A stretch of 64,000 bases of DNA from Eremomyces bilateralis CBS 781.70 (GCA_010015585.1 ML975159.1); one strand, 5' to 3'; positions 24,001-37,899 are shown, numbered from the stretch's first letter. The notes: generated by a model from the sequence alone, not told the origin. Made by a program: numbers and translations.

Positions 24001-24223
24001 GACTTTGAATTAGAAGAGAGGAAGAGACTCACCGGCAGCCTGAGGTTGAGTCTGGGTGTGGTGGGTGGTCGACCAGAACCACACCCCAACCCGATCTGTA
24101 TCTACTTGCACCGGCGGCAATCGCCGAGTCACTTTGGTCTTCCACGGAGGACAGTTCAGTCGTCCTGGTCATCACAGCTCTTGCATCCAAAGGGTCAATC
24201 GGACTTCGGAGAGTCGGAGACAT
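21096..24223 (-). CDS. AZF1: Azf1-like C2H2 zinc-finger transcription factor
   Basis: Four C2H2 fingers (two contain FTQLGNLK) plus [21 protein letters not shown]. Exons 22871 (or 22849)-22070, 22016-21963, 21910-21737 and 21587-21096. An upstream exon at 24223-24033 is inferred and less certain. Confidence 0.85.
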
Positions 24224-27200
24224 CCACTCCCCGGGTGGGGGTACCCTCTCCTCATTCGCTTGATAGACCGCTAACTGGCGGAGCCATGGCGGCGGCTTTA
24301 TTCGTCATGCGGTTGACTTGTATCTGCAGGCTCGCAAATTCCATCCCAGCGGGAATAAACCAGCTATCTGACGGCCCGACTATCAACATCTCTGACCCGC
24401 GAGGTGTCGCCAGACGATTAATCCTCAGCTATGAGCCAGCGCATCAATCAAGAAGCAGTACTGCTACACTAACCGTGGAGTGATTTTCACAGTGGCCACC
24501 ACGGGACGCGTATCATATCTCCACAATCCCGCTGATGAAGTAATGGTAACAGCAACCCAGCAGAAGTGTGGCATGAGGCGTCCCTTGACGATGTTGAGCT
24601 GCTGTTTTAGTGATGGTGTTCGCTCGCTTGATATGATGCCATGATAGCACGTGCTCCTCTACCGAACTTCACCTACTTGAATTCACATCTGAGCACTGGC
24701 GGCGATGCATATTGAATGGCATGCATCCACCATCTCGTTAGGGATGCTTGGAAACACTTTCATCTTGAAAGCTGGAAGCCGTCCAGTTCAAGGCCTATCG
24801 TTTGCGTCTACTGTCAATCATTTCCTATTCTCGGCGTCTATTTGAAATATACAGGACATCTCAAAGGGCGGAGCACACGTAATGATGTACCTTCTTTTTC
24901 TCTCGCAACGGTCAAGTGGCCTCTAGACGGCTGCTGCATCAGGCAAAAATAGGCACACGCATGAATTGGGTTTCATACAGTGATCCTAAAATGGAAAGGA
25001 ACCCGGGTTGGGGGGCCTGGTGGCGATCATACAGCAAGCCATGCGAGCTGTGCTGATGAGACGTCCTCGACGACAGCCAAACTTAGGATCTTCACGGAAA
25101 GAGCCAGGTCGGGAAGCACGGCAGCAACCAGGCAACCTTTTTAAAATTGTGGTGGGATTCTAGCAGCTACCGACAAACTGTACGAATCGCACGCGAGGTG
25201 TTGCACAACAGCTCGTCAAGCACGCAAGAATGACTTTGTTTACCGCAGTACATACTTCTCCCTTAAAGAGAAGCAATAGATGAGCTAGCGGCCGAGCATG
25301 AAATGTCGCCAGGTCCTCGGGACTGGGTCAGTCGAAAACTCGGAAAATACCATCTACATCTGACCCGACCTCCTGTCACATTCTACTAATCATGCGGTAT
25401 ACATTACCTTCAGCGAACAATGGTGGAGTGAACACTATCGATAAAATCGGCGAGTTGAGTTTGTCCAGTGGTGCACTCGATTGAGTAATAATTACTTCTT
25501 CGGCCTAACGTCCCGGTCCAGTCGCGCCGGCGGGACAGCCCATGGAGGCTAGTGGGGTGGGGAGCATCAATGCCAGGAACAAATCAGAGCGCTTATCCCC
25601 GTCACGCAAGATTTGTTCGAATGAGCTTGCTGCGCCCTAGCCGTGTGGGAGGCTGGGAGCATGCGGCGCAGCGGCGGGGACATTTTCATCCAGAGACAGA
25701 AGTCACCGCTTCAAGCGCGGAGATCAATTGCTAGCGAACTGCATTAGTGTGCGAATGGGGCGTGGTACTAGCGTACATCTTGGGGACTTGGACTCGATAG
25801 GCGATGAGGGTGTGGTGGTCCCGAGAAGCCGGGTCCGGATACGGTGGCGAGGCGCCTCCCCTTGCGTTTAAGGAGACATGCAGCATCATCCAAGCCGCTT
25901 TAGTAGGAGAGGCGCCTGGTTTTACCAATGGAAGGGAAAGGAAACGATCGATGGGACTGTGACGTGTGAATCAAACGGCTGGGATTTCAAGACCTGCGGC
26001 TGCGAGGCTGCGACGAACGCCTGGTCGAGGAGCGTGATTGAAATCGACACTCGAATCAGATTGGACCGTTCCATGAGCGATCCCTCCTCGCTCTGCTGTG
26101 CCTCTATCGTGAATTTGAGGCAGCCAGGGGCGGTTACGGAGCCAGCATCTGCCCTGCTAGATCATGCCCAATATCCATCCATTACATGGTTTACGATACA
26201 CCTCATGTTGAACATCTTTCCTAATCCTTCACGTCTGTGTCAAGGATTGACATATCAGTCTGAATAGGTACCGACTAAGGAGGGTATGCGGACATGGAGT
26301 CGGACATCGCCTCACTCCTACCCAGTATCATTGCTCGCACAAGGACATTATTACGAAACATACCACCCCATTCCCGAGTCTCACATGTCTGATCCCAAGA
26401 ACAAGGGCCAGGTACCCTTGAGCCTTGGGGTCAGCACGAACGCCACCTAGGCAACTGGGATGAGTCCCATTTTGAGCCTCTACACCCCTCTACTGTCGAA
26501 GGGTGTGTTTTGCAGTGGACCGACTGTTTGGACTCTAATTACGTGTGTGCCAGGACTGGTGCTGGAAGTATTTCCATTCTCCGGAGGTACGTTCACTGTC
26601 CAGGTATTTCGGGCCTATCCTTTCGTCCACCCGAGATACCTAGATCAAAGCTTTGTTTGCAATACAATGCCCGTATTTGTGGTGCTTCCGAAGATGAGAC
26701 CGAGCCAACATCATACGTTCCTGTCACGACCTTTGGATGAAAAGGATGCGACTCAGCAAACTCTTCGTTGCAGACCGCAGTAATGGGATTTGAACATTCC
26801 CGGTACTTTGGAACGTTTAATTCATTTAATAACAAATTACCCCCAAGATTTATCCCATGAGTCTCCAGGCTAAATTTGGAGTGATGCGACGTTTATGGGG
26901 TTACTCAACTGTTTCAACGGCACTGGACCCCTGACCAGGAATACAGTTGTTGAGCACCAAGGGGGTTGATTTTCGAGTTAATACTGCGTCGAAGTCATCA
27001 ATTTTACTCGGTCCTACGAAAGCATCATTGTTATGGGAATAATCTTGGAACGTGCGACCCGGAGGAGTGGTTCGAGCATTATTCCTTTTTGCCATTTAAC
27101 TTTCTCGGGAGTCTCCCCGCAATAGCCTCCATGATCGCCAACGGCTTTCTGGCTCGTGAGACGTGCATTTCAAAGATCGCCATCAAAGGACACTTTCCGG

Positions 27201-30200
27201 CCTTCCGGGTCGCCAATAATACTATCGAGACAACATTGATCAATCCTCAATATACATGTCATTTCGTTTACGTTTGTTTATGAACTATCCGAAAGGACAT
27301 TTCATCGCACAAATCATGGACCCTTGGAACCATAGACTGGTCAATCTCCAACAAGCCACGAGTTGGCAAGCACCGAAAAGAGCCAAGGAAATCACTCCCA
27401 AGTCCAAAAAGACAGGGGAAAATTCTCCGAAACGTGCATCTTCGTTGTGCTGAACCCTGGATTTCCTGCATCCAGGTACCCCGACTATCGGTCTGTCCCT
27501 CCAATCATGGATCTTTCATTCCGCACATATCCCAAAACAGCCTCCCAGAGGCAAGCCAAGCCATCCGCCTCTGTTCCCCGAAGACTGTCGTGACTACCCA
27601 GTCCAATGGCTAAGTGGAACACAATAAGCCGTTTGACGAACGTGGTCCAGCCAGGACTAGCTAGCAGCACAGTTTGCTTGTGCCTACTTTATCCATTCTG
27701 GCGGGATGGAGCACTTTGGTAACGAAAGTCACACAAGAAACGCCATTTGATGCCATGTCGCCGGGTCGCTTTCCCGGTTTCAAGCCACCAAACTTCAATT
27801 TCCGAGCTGTACGGATACAGGTATCCCAGACGTGGACAGGAAAACCCAGGATCGAGATTCGAGACAGAAAGCGCAAGGTTGAGCAATTCGCTTTGATCGC
27901 GAAGGATTGTTCCCTAGACATATGTTGCTCTTGGGAAATATCTAGTAATTAACGATAAATTCCCATGCCACAGCGGGGGCCGGGGCCTGGGGAGTGGGGC
28001 ATTATCTCTACACACGGGCCAAGGAGCAGCGGGACTTGTATCCAGTCTGTTGGGACTTGGAAACTTCCCCAGATTTATCTATGAAACGGTTACATCCCTA
28101 GAATAGCAGGGAGCCACGACTTCACTATCGCAAATATGGAGTCTTGTGGTATCGGCTCGAATAGTTTGGAATGGCGAACAATACGGAATCCTTTTACTGT
28201 AGTTCTATCTGGCTGACCCCCACTCGTACCGAACTACAGACGGGTTCCACAATCAGCAACACCAGGCACCCCGGAAATCTTGACACTAAATCGCATCCAC
28301 AATTCAAAGTCAAGAGCAGTTCTTTGTCCTCGTGGAAACGTGGGATGGAAAGACTATGCAAGGGCGATAAAGATCCCACAGTTTCCAATCAATTATTCGA
28401 TATTTTGGTTCCAATGATTGAACTTCAGGTACGGAATACTTCTCCGTATTTCACACTCAATTCCATAAGTCTGGATACCCCAAGCCTGGGGAACCCTCTT
28501 TCGCTGCCCAATTAAGGGGGAGATTCGACCAGGATCGCTGACTCGTGCATGCCCCGGGGATGTCTGCCAGGGGTGGAGGAGAAGGCGTGATACCAGAGGT
28601 CTGCAAAGTGCATCGGCTGCCAAATTCATCATCTCTCAATGAAACAAGTGCCAGCGACGACCCTTGGCTGTTCAAACTTTCAAAGTTGTATTAGGGTTGG
28701 CGATCAACTTCAATAATACAACCCTCAATTGGTGCTATTTCCGTGCTTATTTGGATTACGTTCTTCCCATAACCGCTGGATATCTGTCACATTCATCTCT
28801 CGCACATCTGAACACTGGAAATGATGGGACTCATGATTCTACGGTTAGAGTCTTGCACCACGGTGTGGTAAGAACTGAGATGTGTCAAAAACTCAAGACA
28901 ATAGCAATTCCGACAGGGACGTGCTGACAATCAAGAAAGAATACGGAGTATTTCCTTGGGAAAGAGTGTGCTGACTAAATCCCTTGCTTCGAGGTTTTCT
29001 TCAGCCGTCTATTCCCCAGTCCGCTACGGAATACTCCGTAGACTTGCGCTTAATATCCGAGATTCTCTATCGCTCCATGGCGGTTCTCCTATGCGGAGGC
29101 CTAATTCCCCCCTCTCCCGGTTCCCGATCAGTGGCTTAACATGGCGAAAGGCACAGTCTATTTCTTCGCGCTATATGATTACTGTGGCGTCCTATCTCAC
29201 GCTTCATAATTTTCACTCCCTCATCATTGGCTAAAGCCGAATAACCTACAAGAAAACAAGATCAGCTTGTGCTCGAATCGAGCGTCGTACAGGCTTGATA
29301 TCAAGGGAGGCGGCGCCGGATATTAAGCAAGGTTGGGCGAAACATGTCAGACAAATGGCGCTGGTAATGACGTTCCTTAGCCGTCTGCTGATCTAGAATA
29401 TCGATATCATCCTCGCCATCATCGGTTACCGGGACTGAGGATCTGTCAAAATAAGGTCATTCGGCAATCCGACAGATGGGATATTGGTCGCCTAATCAGA
29501 TGGTGGGGCGGCCTTCGGACGATATTTCCTTTCCATCCCATGGATTGAACGATCGAATTCCAGGCCTACAAATCCCCTGATAGGCTATTCCAAGAAATCG
29601 AAGATCTGTGTTCGGCGTTGTGCATTGGATGTGCCGCGGACTTTGCCTCCTTACGATCTGGTCGATCCTACTAGCAAGTGGCTACGAATGTGATCATGAC
29701 ACGGGAAGGTATCTCGAATATCTCAGTCATTATTTCGATTCTTTTTCGTCGCTTAGAGGTTCTGTCACTTCAATCGACTGGCAAGTTTCCCGTCAGCGAA
29801 CAGATTTTCCAGTTCGGCAATGTACCTTCTCCGCAATATCACATCCATCTATTAAACCAGTGGCGTCCCTACAAGCCATAGCCTCGTATCCCCATCCACT
29901 CCTTTCGTATTTTCCACTGTTTCGCCTCATCGCGGCACCATTGCTGCCAATCAAGTCTGTGGGTCCTTCGCCAAGCTGACAGTCTATCAACCGGTCGAAT
30001 CAATTGTCGCTGCGGATGTGCTCCCGGCTTCCGCCATCCGATCGTAAATCACCTGCGCACCCGAGCGGTAGCAACACTCAGCGTCTCAGCCTAGGCTAAA
30101 GTGGCACAGACATAAGACAACCTCCGTCCCATGTTCCAGGAGTTGGCAGCCGAAGTCGATCACCCAGCGTTTATGGGTCGCAGTATTTGAGTGATACGTG

Positions 30201-30437
30201 CATTTCGTATTGGATGGAGCATCCGCCGCCATGGGTGGCACACCTTTTATTCGACTTAAATCCAGTCTCCAATTCGCTCCCCATGTGCGGGCTGTTGTCC
30301 CAATCTATCGGAACTCGCATGTCCCTGTTGTGATAGGCGGTTGCTGTGGCTGGGAGGTCCATGTTGCTCGGGGATGCCACACGGGTTCATGCTGTCCATG
30401 GCGTCCCCATCACCGTCTCCGGCCGTAGGCGCTGATG

Positions 30438-30459
30438 CCCCCCCCCCCCCCCCCCCCCC
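30438..30459. repeat. Poly-C tract (22 nt)
   Basis: Read directly from the sequence. Confidence 0.95.
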
Positions 30460-32675
30460 ACATCCTATTACCTTGCCACCACCATGTAATTGAATGAAGT
30501 GTTACTTTGCAAGGCCAAGCGACCGTGTGGCAATGTAGGAAGGGATCACCATGAGATTGGCAAAACTATTTGCTAATACGTTCCCAACGGACGTCTCCTA
30601 AGACCGAGACTGAATTAGAACGACTGTTTCCATCCCACCACTGCTGATTTTGGGGAAAGAATAGATGACGGAGATGTGAGCCATCAACATACCATTCATA
30701 GCGGAGATACCAAGGTGATTACAGCCGTCTGATGATCTCGGTTTGTAAGGTAGTCTTTATGTCCATCGACCAACCATCAGCCCAACTTCGTCAACGACAA
30801 AGACTTCTCACGTCATTTACCGATTAGCAGCAATATCTACTTTCGCATAAGGCTGCAACTGAATATCATTTCACATTCTACGTACTTGGTCAAATGAAAT
30901 CTTTGATTGCGCTTGAGCATGAGATGTTGAAACATAGCTGAAAGAGTTAGAGTGACCTTCTCTTATTATGCATCCTCGTTAGACTCAATATGGGTCTAGG
31001 AAAGTGTTTTATGAGAAATAGGTACCTGATGTAGGCGGTGGTGACTGTTATAGAACTAGCTAGTTTCGCAATTCTGCCTAAATAAGCATGTTTATGCTTG
31101 CATCGATGAGAGCCAGATTGAAATGAGAATTTGCTCACCAGAGTCTAGATGGCTGGCGTTGAAATCCGATTGCAGTTCTTACTGACTCACTCCAGTGACT
31201 AGTCGTTCCTATGCTACTCGCCCTGTTTCTTATTACCTTGATTTCCGAAACATTTCTCAATGGGATACCTCACGAGCCGTCAAATATCAATGAAAATTCA
31301 GGATGCTTCACACAATGGGAAATATGACTTCGTTAGGCAATCCTTATCAAACGATGAAGAGAGAGGGGACTGAATTGACTGGTTTGACTGAATGTACTTG
31401 TCATCTAAGCCTTGCACCCTGACGCACAAATATCGCGCCAGCGGGCCACATAAGATGTCTGTACTTGCGTTCTCATTCCTAGTTATCATTCGAAAAGGTG
31501 AATTCTATTGAGGCAGTGATGATCCCAGGCTCCCCAGGGCATGGGACCAGCGTATTCATTCCCCTTGCAACGATCAACCGCCGAGGGGGGTTCCGCCTTT
31601 GGTTTTGAGTTATGTCTTTATTCCCACAGTATAATTCCTCATACCCATACGTTGAAAAGTTTGTGTTCTGAATAGCGAGGATCGTTGATCCCTTTGCACA
31701 AGAACATGCTGAGAGAGGATGACATTATCGAAAGCAAAGTCATGGGAATCAATATATCTTTGCGTTGTGAGCAGACTATATAAACATATGACTTATACTC
31801 ATTAGCAAGTGGCATATAAACTTACGGAAACCCTATCCGAGCCATCGTTTTGTGAAATACAAAACCGGAGTGTCGCATGAAGCACAGAGCACAGTCAGAA
31901 AAGAATTACTCTCCATAGATATTGATTTCGATACGATCTATGCGTCTTGAATAGCATTCATTTAAATAGTTAGTCTCGTTTTGCTCTACGCTACCGATCA
32001 CCAAACCTTATTGATCCATTGCGCGATAGAATTGGTCACGAACTTATGCTTTCTCATACCATAATCAGAGCGGCACTGTTCATGCGACTAGATGAAACAA
32101 ATATGGCTTATAGCGCCAGTTCATCCGCATTGCCATTTAAGGGCGTTCTCTCTCTACTTCTCACGTTTCTGCGCCGCTGGGGCTTTGGGTTATTTAAGGT
32201 CAATGTCACGGACAGGAAGCAGCATTCGTCAACGGCGTGAAGACGGGAAGGGTTAATTCGGTGGAGTTCCTGGTGTGGTACCGACGAGAAGAACACTGGA
32301 ACTGGGTCGATGGACGGGCTTGTGAGACTGGAGGGATACTGATTCACCTAGCACATTTGGGAGAGCTGCCAGACATATAGGGATGTAGTAGCTGAGTCAC
32401 AATGTCGGCTGCGGGGATATCACATTAGAGAAAGCCTGGGCAGAACAAAAAATGCATTGGAAGTAAAATCTATGAAGCCCGATGCCATCCATTGTCGTTC
32501 GACATCCAGGCATCCCCGGATCGTGATGTATGGCGACGTCATGCGGACCGATCGTGAAGCCGTGCAGAGACGGAGAAGCAGACCCCGCAGACCGCGTAGA
32601 GCAACCCACGAACACCATACACCGAAAATGTGGTATACTGAACCAGAAACCAGGCCCACGGCCCCCCCATCCAGC

Positions 32676-34805
32676 TTATCGCGACCGGGTCTTCCCAATG
32701 CCGCGCTTTCCAGCGAGCTAGTCATAGTCGTTAGCACATCGCCCATTCCATCGAGGTCCAAGGAGTAGATTGGTAAACTCACCAAATGCTTCGACAGCAT
32801 TGCCGTCGTGTGCCGATCCGCCTCGCCCTGCCTCGCCATCCGATTCATGTTCTTCTGCCCCAACTTCGCCATCCGCTCCGCCTTCGTGCGCGCCGTCTGG
32901 TTCGTGACGCCGTCCTCGCGGCGATTCGTGCTCGCGGTGCGTACGCGGCTGCGCGCGCGCTCGAGCGCCGACATGGGCGGCTTATCGACGTCCATGGCGT
33001 CCTCGTCGACGTCGGGCGCGCGGGAGACCGGGCGGCCGCGCGACTGGGAGCGGGCGCGGTCGGTGGAGGCGGCGGGGTCGAAGCCGAGGGACTCCAGGGT
33101 GGAGGCGAGATCAGAGATTTTCTTGGGGCGGGCGACGGAGCGGGGGATGACGGGGCGATTTTTGAGGGATTTGCGGAGGCGGGACTCGTTGCGGATGAGG
33201 ATGCGCTTCTCGCGGATGAGGTCGGCTTTGTGGCGGATGGTGGCGACCTCGAGGTCATCATCGTCGACTTCGAGCTCGTTGTCGTAGTAGCCGCTGGATT
33301 CGAGGCGGTCCTCTTCCTCTTCGAGAGCGGCGAGCTTGGCTTCGATTTCCGGGTCGACGAAGTCGTAGACGTTGCGGCCTTCGAAGACCTCGGGCATCTT
33401 GTCGTCTTTCCAGTCGGGGTTGTCGAGGAGCCAGTTCTTTTTGAGGTTGATGTTGTAGACGCCGGGCCCACCCTGTTCCTCTTCGAGGTCGCGTTCGAGT
33501 TTGGGCCGGTTGGGGTCGTCCAGCTCGTACTTCATCCGGTTCTTCGCGCCTTCGGGGATAAAGGCTTCGCGCGTGACGCCGCCCAGCGGCTGGGCAACGT
33601 GGATGCGCTTGAGAAGCTCGCCCAATCGGCCGCTGACTTCGCCGGAGGTGTTGAGGCCGGACTTTAATCGCTCGGCGTTCCGCTCCGCGAGCAGGCGATC
33701 GCAGGCCGCATTGCGAACTTGCATCAAGCCCTCGGTTGTTGTGCACGATAGCTGCAGCAGTTCCACCTCGCCAGGCTTCAGCATCGACTGAAGTTGGGCC
33801 TGTGTCTCGTCGTCCAAATCCTCGGGTCGTTTGATGTCGATCTTGTTGATGACGATGAAGACCAGCTTGTTGGAGAAGAGAGTCTTGACGTTGTGGAAGA
33901 GTTGCATTTGCGCGGAGACGGAGAAACCGCACTCTTCGGACAAGTCCATGAAGTAGAGGATGGCCGATCGAAGATGGGCAATGGCGGTGATCGACTGCAT
34001 TTCAATCGCGTTCATCTCCTCCACGGGATGATCCAAGATTCCGGGGGTATCAATCGCTTGGAATCGAAGCATCTTGTAGTCGAAATGCCCCACGTAGAGA
34101 CTCTTCGTTGTGAACGCGTACGGCTGGACATCGACATCCGCGCGCGAAATGTTCCGGAGGAAGCTCGATTTGCCCACGTTCGGGTAGCCGCAGATCAGCA
34201 GCGTTCTCGTGTTCGGGTCGATGGCCGGCAGACGGCCCAGATGCTGTCGGACCTGCTCCAAATAGCCCAGCGCATCTTTCAGGCGCTTGCAGATAGTGGC
34301 CATGCGGCCCAGCGCGGCTCGCTTGAGCTGCTTGCATTGGTAGAGCGATTGCGCATATTTCAGCAGGCGGACGTAGTCTCGCGCCACGGTTTCGATAAGG
34401 TGCTTGGCAGTGGACAGTTGGCCAAGGGAGATTTTGAGATGGTCGGAATCATAGAGGGTGTTAATCAAGTCGCGATCTGAAGATGTTAGCCTCTGCCTTC
34501 GGTCTAGCAGAATCGATGTCCTTACGGAACGGATGAATGTCTGCCAGTCTTGGGAAGCCTTCAATGACTGCAGCGAGTTTCTCTGAGAACGTCTCCGCCG
34601 TGTACTTGACTTTTCTCGTATAGAACGCTATGCAGTCGTCAGTCTAGTTCTCTTCACCTCGATTGTGTTCCGTACCTCGAATTCTACTGATCTTGAAACC
34701 CGGACGGATGAGGGTGGGGAGGCGTCGCTGGGTGCGGCTTAAGACAATGTCGATGAACTCCGAAGAGCTCGGGACGGGAGCGATATCCTTCCAAGTGGTC
34801 TTCAT
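32676..34805 (-). CDS. NOG1: Nucleolar GTP-binding protein 1 (60S biogenesis)
   Basis: Exons 34805-34676, 34627-34526, 34476-32783 and 32717-32676. Motifs [25 protein letters not shown] and NKID; C-terminus [13 protein letters not shown]. Confidence 0.97.
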
Positions 34806-35313
34806 CGTTACGGCTTCCGTTACGGCTGCGGTTCCGATTAACGAAGTGGATATATCAAAGACTTGGGGGGGAATCGACAACTGCAGATTCGCACTTTCGC
34901 TTGAAAGTTGGACGTGGAAAATTTCGATGCACGGGCCACCTCCCCTCGAATCGTTTTTATCGATAACGGGATTTCACGCCGGTTTTTGGTAGGAATAATG
35001 GGACATCCAGATCGACTTGGAGTCTGGAGAATGAAGCAGGAATCTCAATGAGAATTCGAGAAGTGCAAATTAATATTACCGAGACATCAAATCACTGCAT
35101 CGCGGTATCGGATTATCATCGCACAGTGCTCTAACCCAGCTCCATTCACCAGTAAAAGATTTTTATACGAGACATATCCGTGGCCATAGAAGTGTCTCAA
35201 TTCATTCATCCCGATCCTCCTCATTAAGAGTCTAAATTCCTATTCAAAAAAGCATCGGGATACCCTCAGATTCCCCAAACAACTCCCTCAGTCCACCATC
35301 CAACCCATCCACC

Positions 35314-36036
35314 ATGGCATCCCCCTCCATTCCCCCTCACAAATCCTCCTTCCTCTCCCACTGCCTCTCCGCCGACGCCCTCTCCTTTGGCACCTACACC
35401 CTCAAATCCGGCCGCCAATCTCCCTACTTCTTCAACGCGGGTCTCTTCCACCGCGGTCCGCTCATCCGCGCCATCTCCACCGCCTTCGCCCACACCCTCG
35501 CGTCCACGCCCCTCCCGTTCGACGTGCTCTTCGGGCCCGCCTACAAGGGCATCCCGCTGGCAGCCACGGTGGTGGATAAGTTGGCGGGGCTGGATGAGGA
35601 GCGGTATGGAAACGTAAGCTACTCGTTTAATCGGAAGGAGGCGAAGGATCATGGGGAGGGGGGGAGTATTGTCGGGGCGGGGCTGAAAGGGAAGCGGGTG
35701 GTGATTATCGACGATGTGATCACGGCGGGCACGGCCATTCGGGAGGCGATTGAGGTTATCGAGCGGGAGGGGGGGAAGTTGGTGGGCATTGTGGTGGCGT
35801 TTGATCGACAGGAGCGGATGCCGAGCGCGAGTGAGAAGGGGGAAGGGGGAGAGGAGGGGACGAAGGCAAGCGCGATTGGGGAGGTGCGAAGACAGTATGG
35901 CATTCCGGTGCTGGCCATCTTGACGCTGGACGACCTCATCGCGTACGTCAAGGAGCAGAAGGGATCGTTTGGCACGGAGGAGGACATGACACGGCTCGAG
36001 GAATATCGTAGCCGGTATCGCGCCACCGATGTGTGA
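35314..36036 (+). CDS. URA5: Orotate phosphoribosyltransferase
   Basis: Motifs [35 protein letters not shown] and [11 protein letters not shown]. Confidence 0.97.
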   Translation: MASPSIPPHKSSFLSHCLSADALSFGTYTLKSGRQSPYFFNAGLFHRGPLIRAISTAFAHTLASTPLPFDVLFGPAYKGIPLAATVVDKLAGLDEERYGNVSYSFNRKEAKDHGEGGSIVGAGLKGKRVVIIDDVITAGTAIREAIEVIEREGGKLVGIVVAFDRQERMPSASEKGEGGEEGTKASAIGEVRRQYGIPVLAILTLDDLIAYVKEQKGSFGTEEDMTRLEEYRSRYRATDV

Positions 36037-36233
36037 GGTAGAGGTAGAGCCAACAATAAATGCATTATCCACCGCTCATCCGCCGAGACGTGCTTTTGAT
36101 CGAGCTATATCATTGGTAAAGTACAGGGAATCTATTCCATTGTGAGATTCGGTTCTTGATCCGGAACACTCCAGAGGATATCCGTCGCGGTCCCAGGGAA
36201 TTTATCGAAGGTCGCGATGTCGCCACGCCCAAA

Positions 36234-36587
36234 TCAGGCCTTAGCCTTCTCTTCTGACTCCTTGGTCTTGATGAAGTTCCTGTCGGCATATTCATTAGTA
36301 TCCTTCCCATAAAATGGTTGATAGAGTCCGGTCATCTCCACCTACTTGATGAAAGACTCCTCGTCCTTGCTTCCCGCATTCAGTGCCGGTCCTTCCTCCT
36401 TCTTGCTTCCGCCCATGGCCAGATATGACCCTCCGCCAACCGTGGCGAGCGTGGCGATGGACAGCTAGAAACACGTTAACCTCTAACCTTTGATGTCTGA
36501 TGAACGGGGAGTGCGCGGGAATTGTCGCCAACGTACCCAGTGCGCGCCCACCTGGCGGCCGAGGATGGTATAATGAGCGTAACCCAT
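36234..36587 (-). CDS. ATP19: Mitochondrial ATP synthase subunit k
   Basis: Exons 36587-36537, 36464-36346 and 36279-36234 give MGYAHYTILGRQVGAHWLSIATLATVGG...NAGSKDEESFIKNFI. Not visible as one ORF in the track. Confidence 0.9.
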
Positions 36588-36764
36588 GGTGAAGATGGAG
36601 TGTTTAAATGGGAGATCGAAGGGAGTTCAATTGACGGATGGGACTTGATGCATCGGATAGTACCTTGAACGAAGAGATGTCAAAAAGCGATGATCCACGC
36701 CCCGAGAAGCTCGGCGCAGCTTCGGCGGAATCGCCCGGTCCTTGCACCGTTCCGCCATGCCATC

Positions 36765-36807
36765 ATCGCTGAATATCGCTGAATATCGCTGAATATCGCT
36801 GAATATC
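36765..36807. repeat. Tandem 10-bp repeat (ATCGCTGAAT) x4.3 in a divergent promoter
   Basis: Read directly from the sequence. Confidence 0.95.
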
Positions 36808-36909
36808 AAGCTACTCCTCCTCTCATCTTCACTGTCCCTATTTCATTTTGTTGATATCACTTCTTTTATATTTACTTAATACGTCTGCTGCACCTAACTC
36901 CCTTTCACT

Positions 36910-37899
36910 ATGGGGAAACCCGACAAGAAAGATGCCCTAGACGACGTCCCCCACATCCGCTCAGAGGCCCGTCCCGACTTCACCACCCCTCTGCCCCCCA
37001 AGAAACTCCCCCGTGAGATCCAAGAAACCCTCGACAATGAAGAGAAACTCTGGCGAACCGTCTACGAGGGCGAGTGCGTGCCCCATCTTCCCCCAATCCT
37101 ATCCGATCCTAACTAAACCTCCCCCTAGCGCCCCCGAATCCACTGACTCCTCCGTCCGCTACGCCGCCTACGCCACCCGTATCCGCACCATCCTCCTCTC
37201 CGCCCAACGCTACGTCGCCTACACTTCTGACATCGGCGAGTCCTTCCGCCCCGTCGCCCACCCACACCTCGTGCGCGGCGCCTACGCCATCTCCTGGCTG
37301 TATATCGGCGGCGACGTCGCCCACGAGGGCTACAAGGCGTATCTACGCAACATGAAGATCCGGCATCCGGAGCGGTATTTCCATGCGGATGGGAGTGTGA
37401 AAGAGGAGGGGAGGGAGGGGAAGGGGGAGGAGGTGAGGAAGGTGGTGGCGGGGAGTGGGGGGTTGGTGGCGGGGAAGATTTCGGCGATCGAGGATTATCG
37501 CGCAGTGATGGCGGAGCGGGCGGTGTTTCAGAGCTTGGCAAGTATGGGGTTGCCGGCGTTTACGATCCATAGTATCGTGCGGTATAGTGGGCGGGCGATG
37601 AAGGACATGAAGAATAAGACCCTGAGGACGTGGGGGCCGATCGGGGTAAGTGAAGCTGCCTGGAGGCGATATACGCAATATTCTGATTTGCTGATGATGT
37701 GGCTTGATAGCTCGGTTTGGCGGCGGTGCCGTTCCTGCCGTTCGTGTTCGACGAGCCGGTGGAGAAGGCGGTGGGGTGGACGTTCCATAAGGCGTTCGAG
37801 ACGTTTGGAGGGCCGGAAGCGGTGAAGAAGGGGCCGATTAGTGCGGAGTTAGCGATGTTGAGCGCTGCGAAAAGTCAGCAGAAGGAGAAGGAGTTGTAA
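36910..37899 (+). CDS. MTFP1: Mitochondrial fission process protein 1 (MTP18 family)
   Basis: Exons 36910-37073, 37129-37645 and 37711-37899. Motifs RYVAYTSDIGESFRP, FQSLASMGLPAFTIH and GLAAVPFLPFVFDEPVE. Confidence 0.9.

Noticed and set aside
28691..28698. TTAGGGTT as a telomerase RNA template
   Set aside because: An 8-mer is expected by chance, and no supporting structure was identified.
32420..32782. C-terminal extension of NOG1 in the ORF track
   Set aside because: Read-through of the last intron; the spliced end gives the conserved KRGIGKT terminus.
34916..34966. RRPE-like GAAAATTTC and palindrome TTATCGATAA upstream of NOG1
   Set aside because: Plausible ribosome-biogenesis motifs, but too short and imperfect to call without comparative data.
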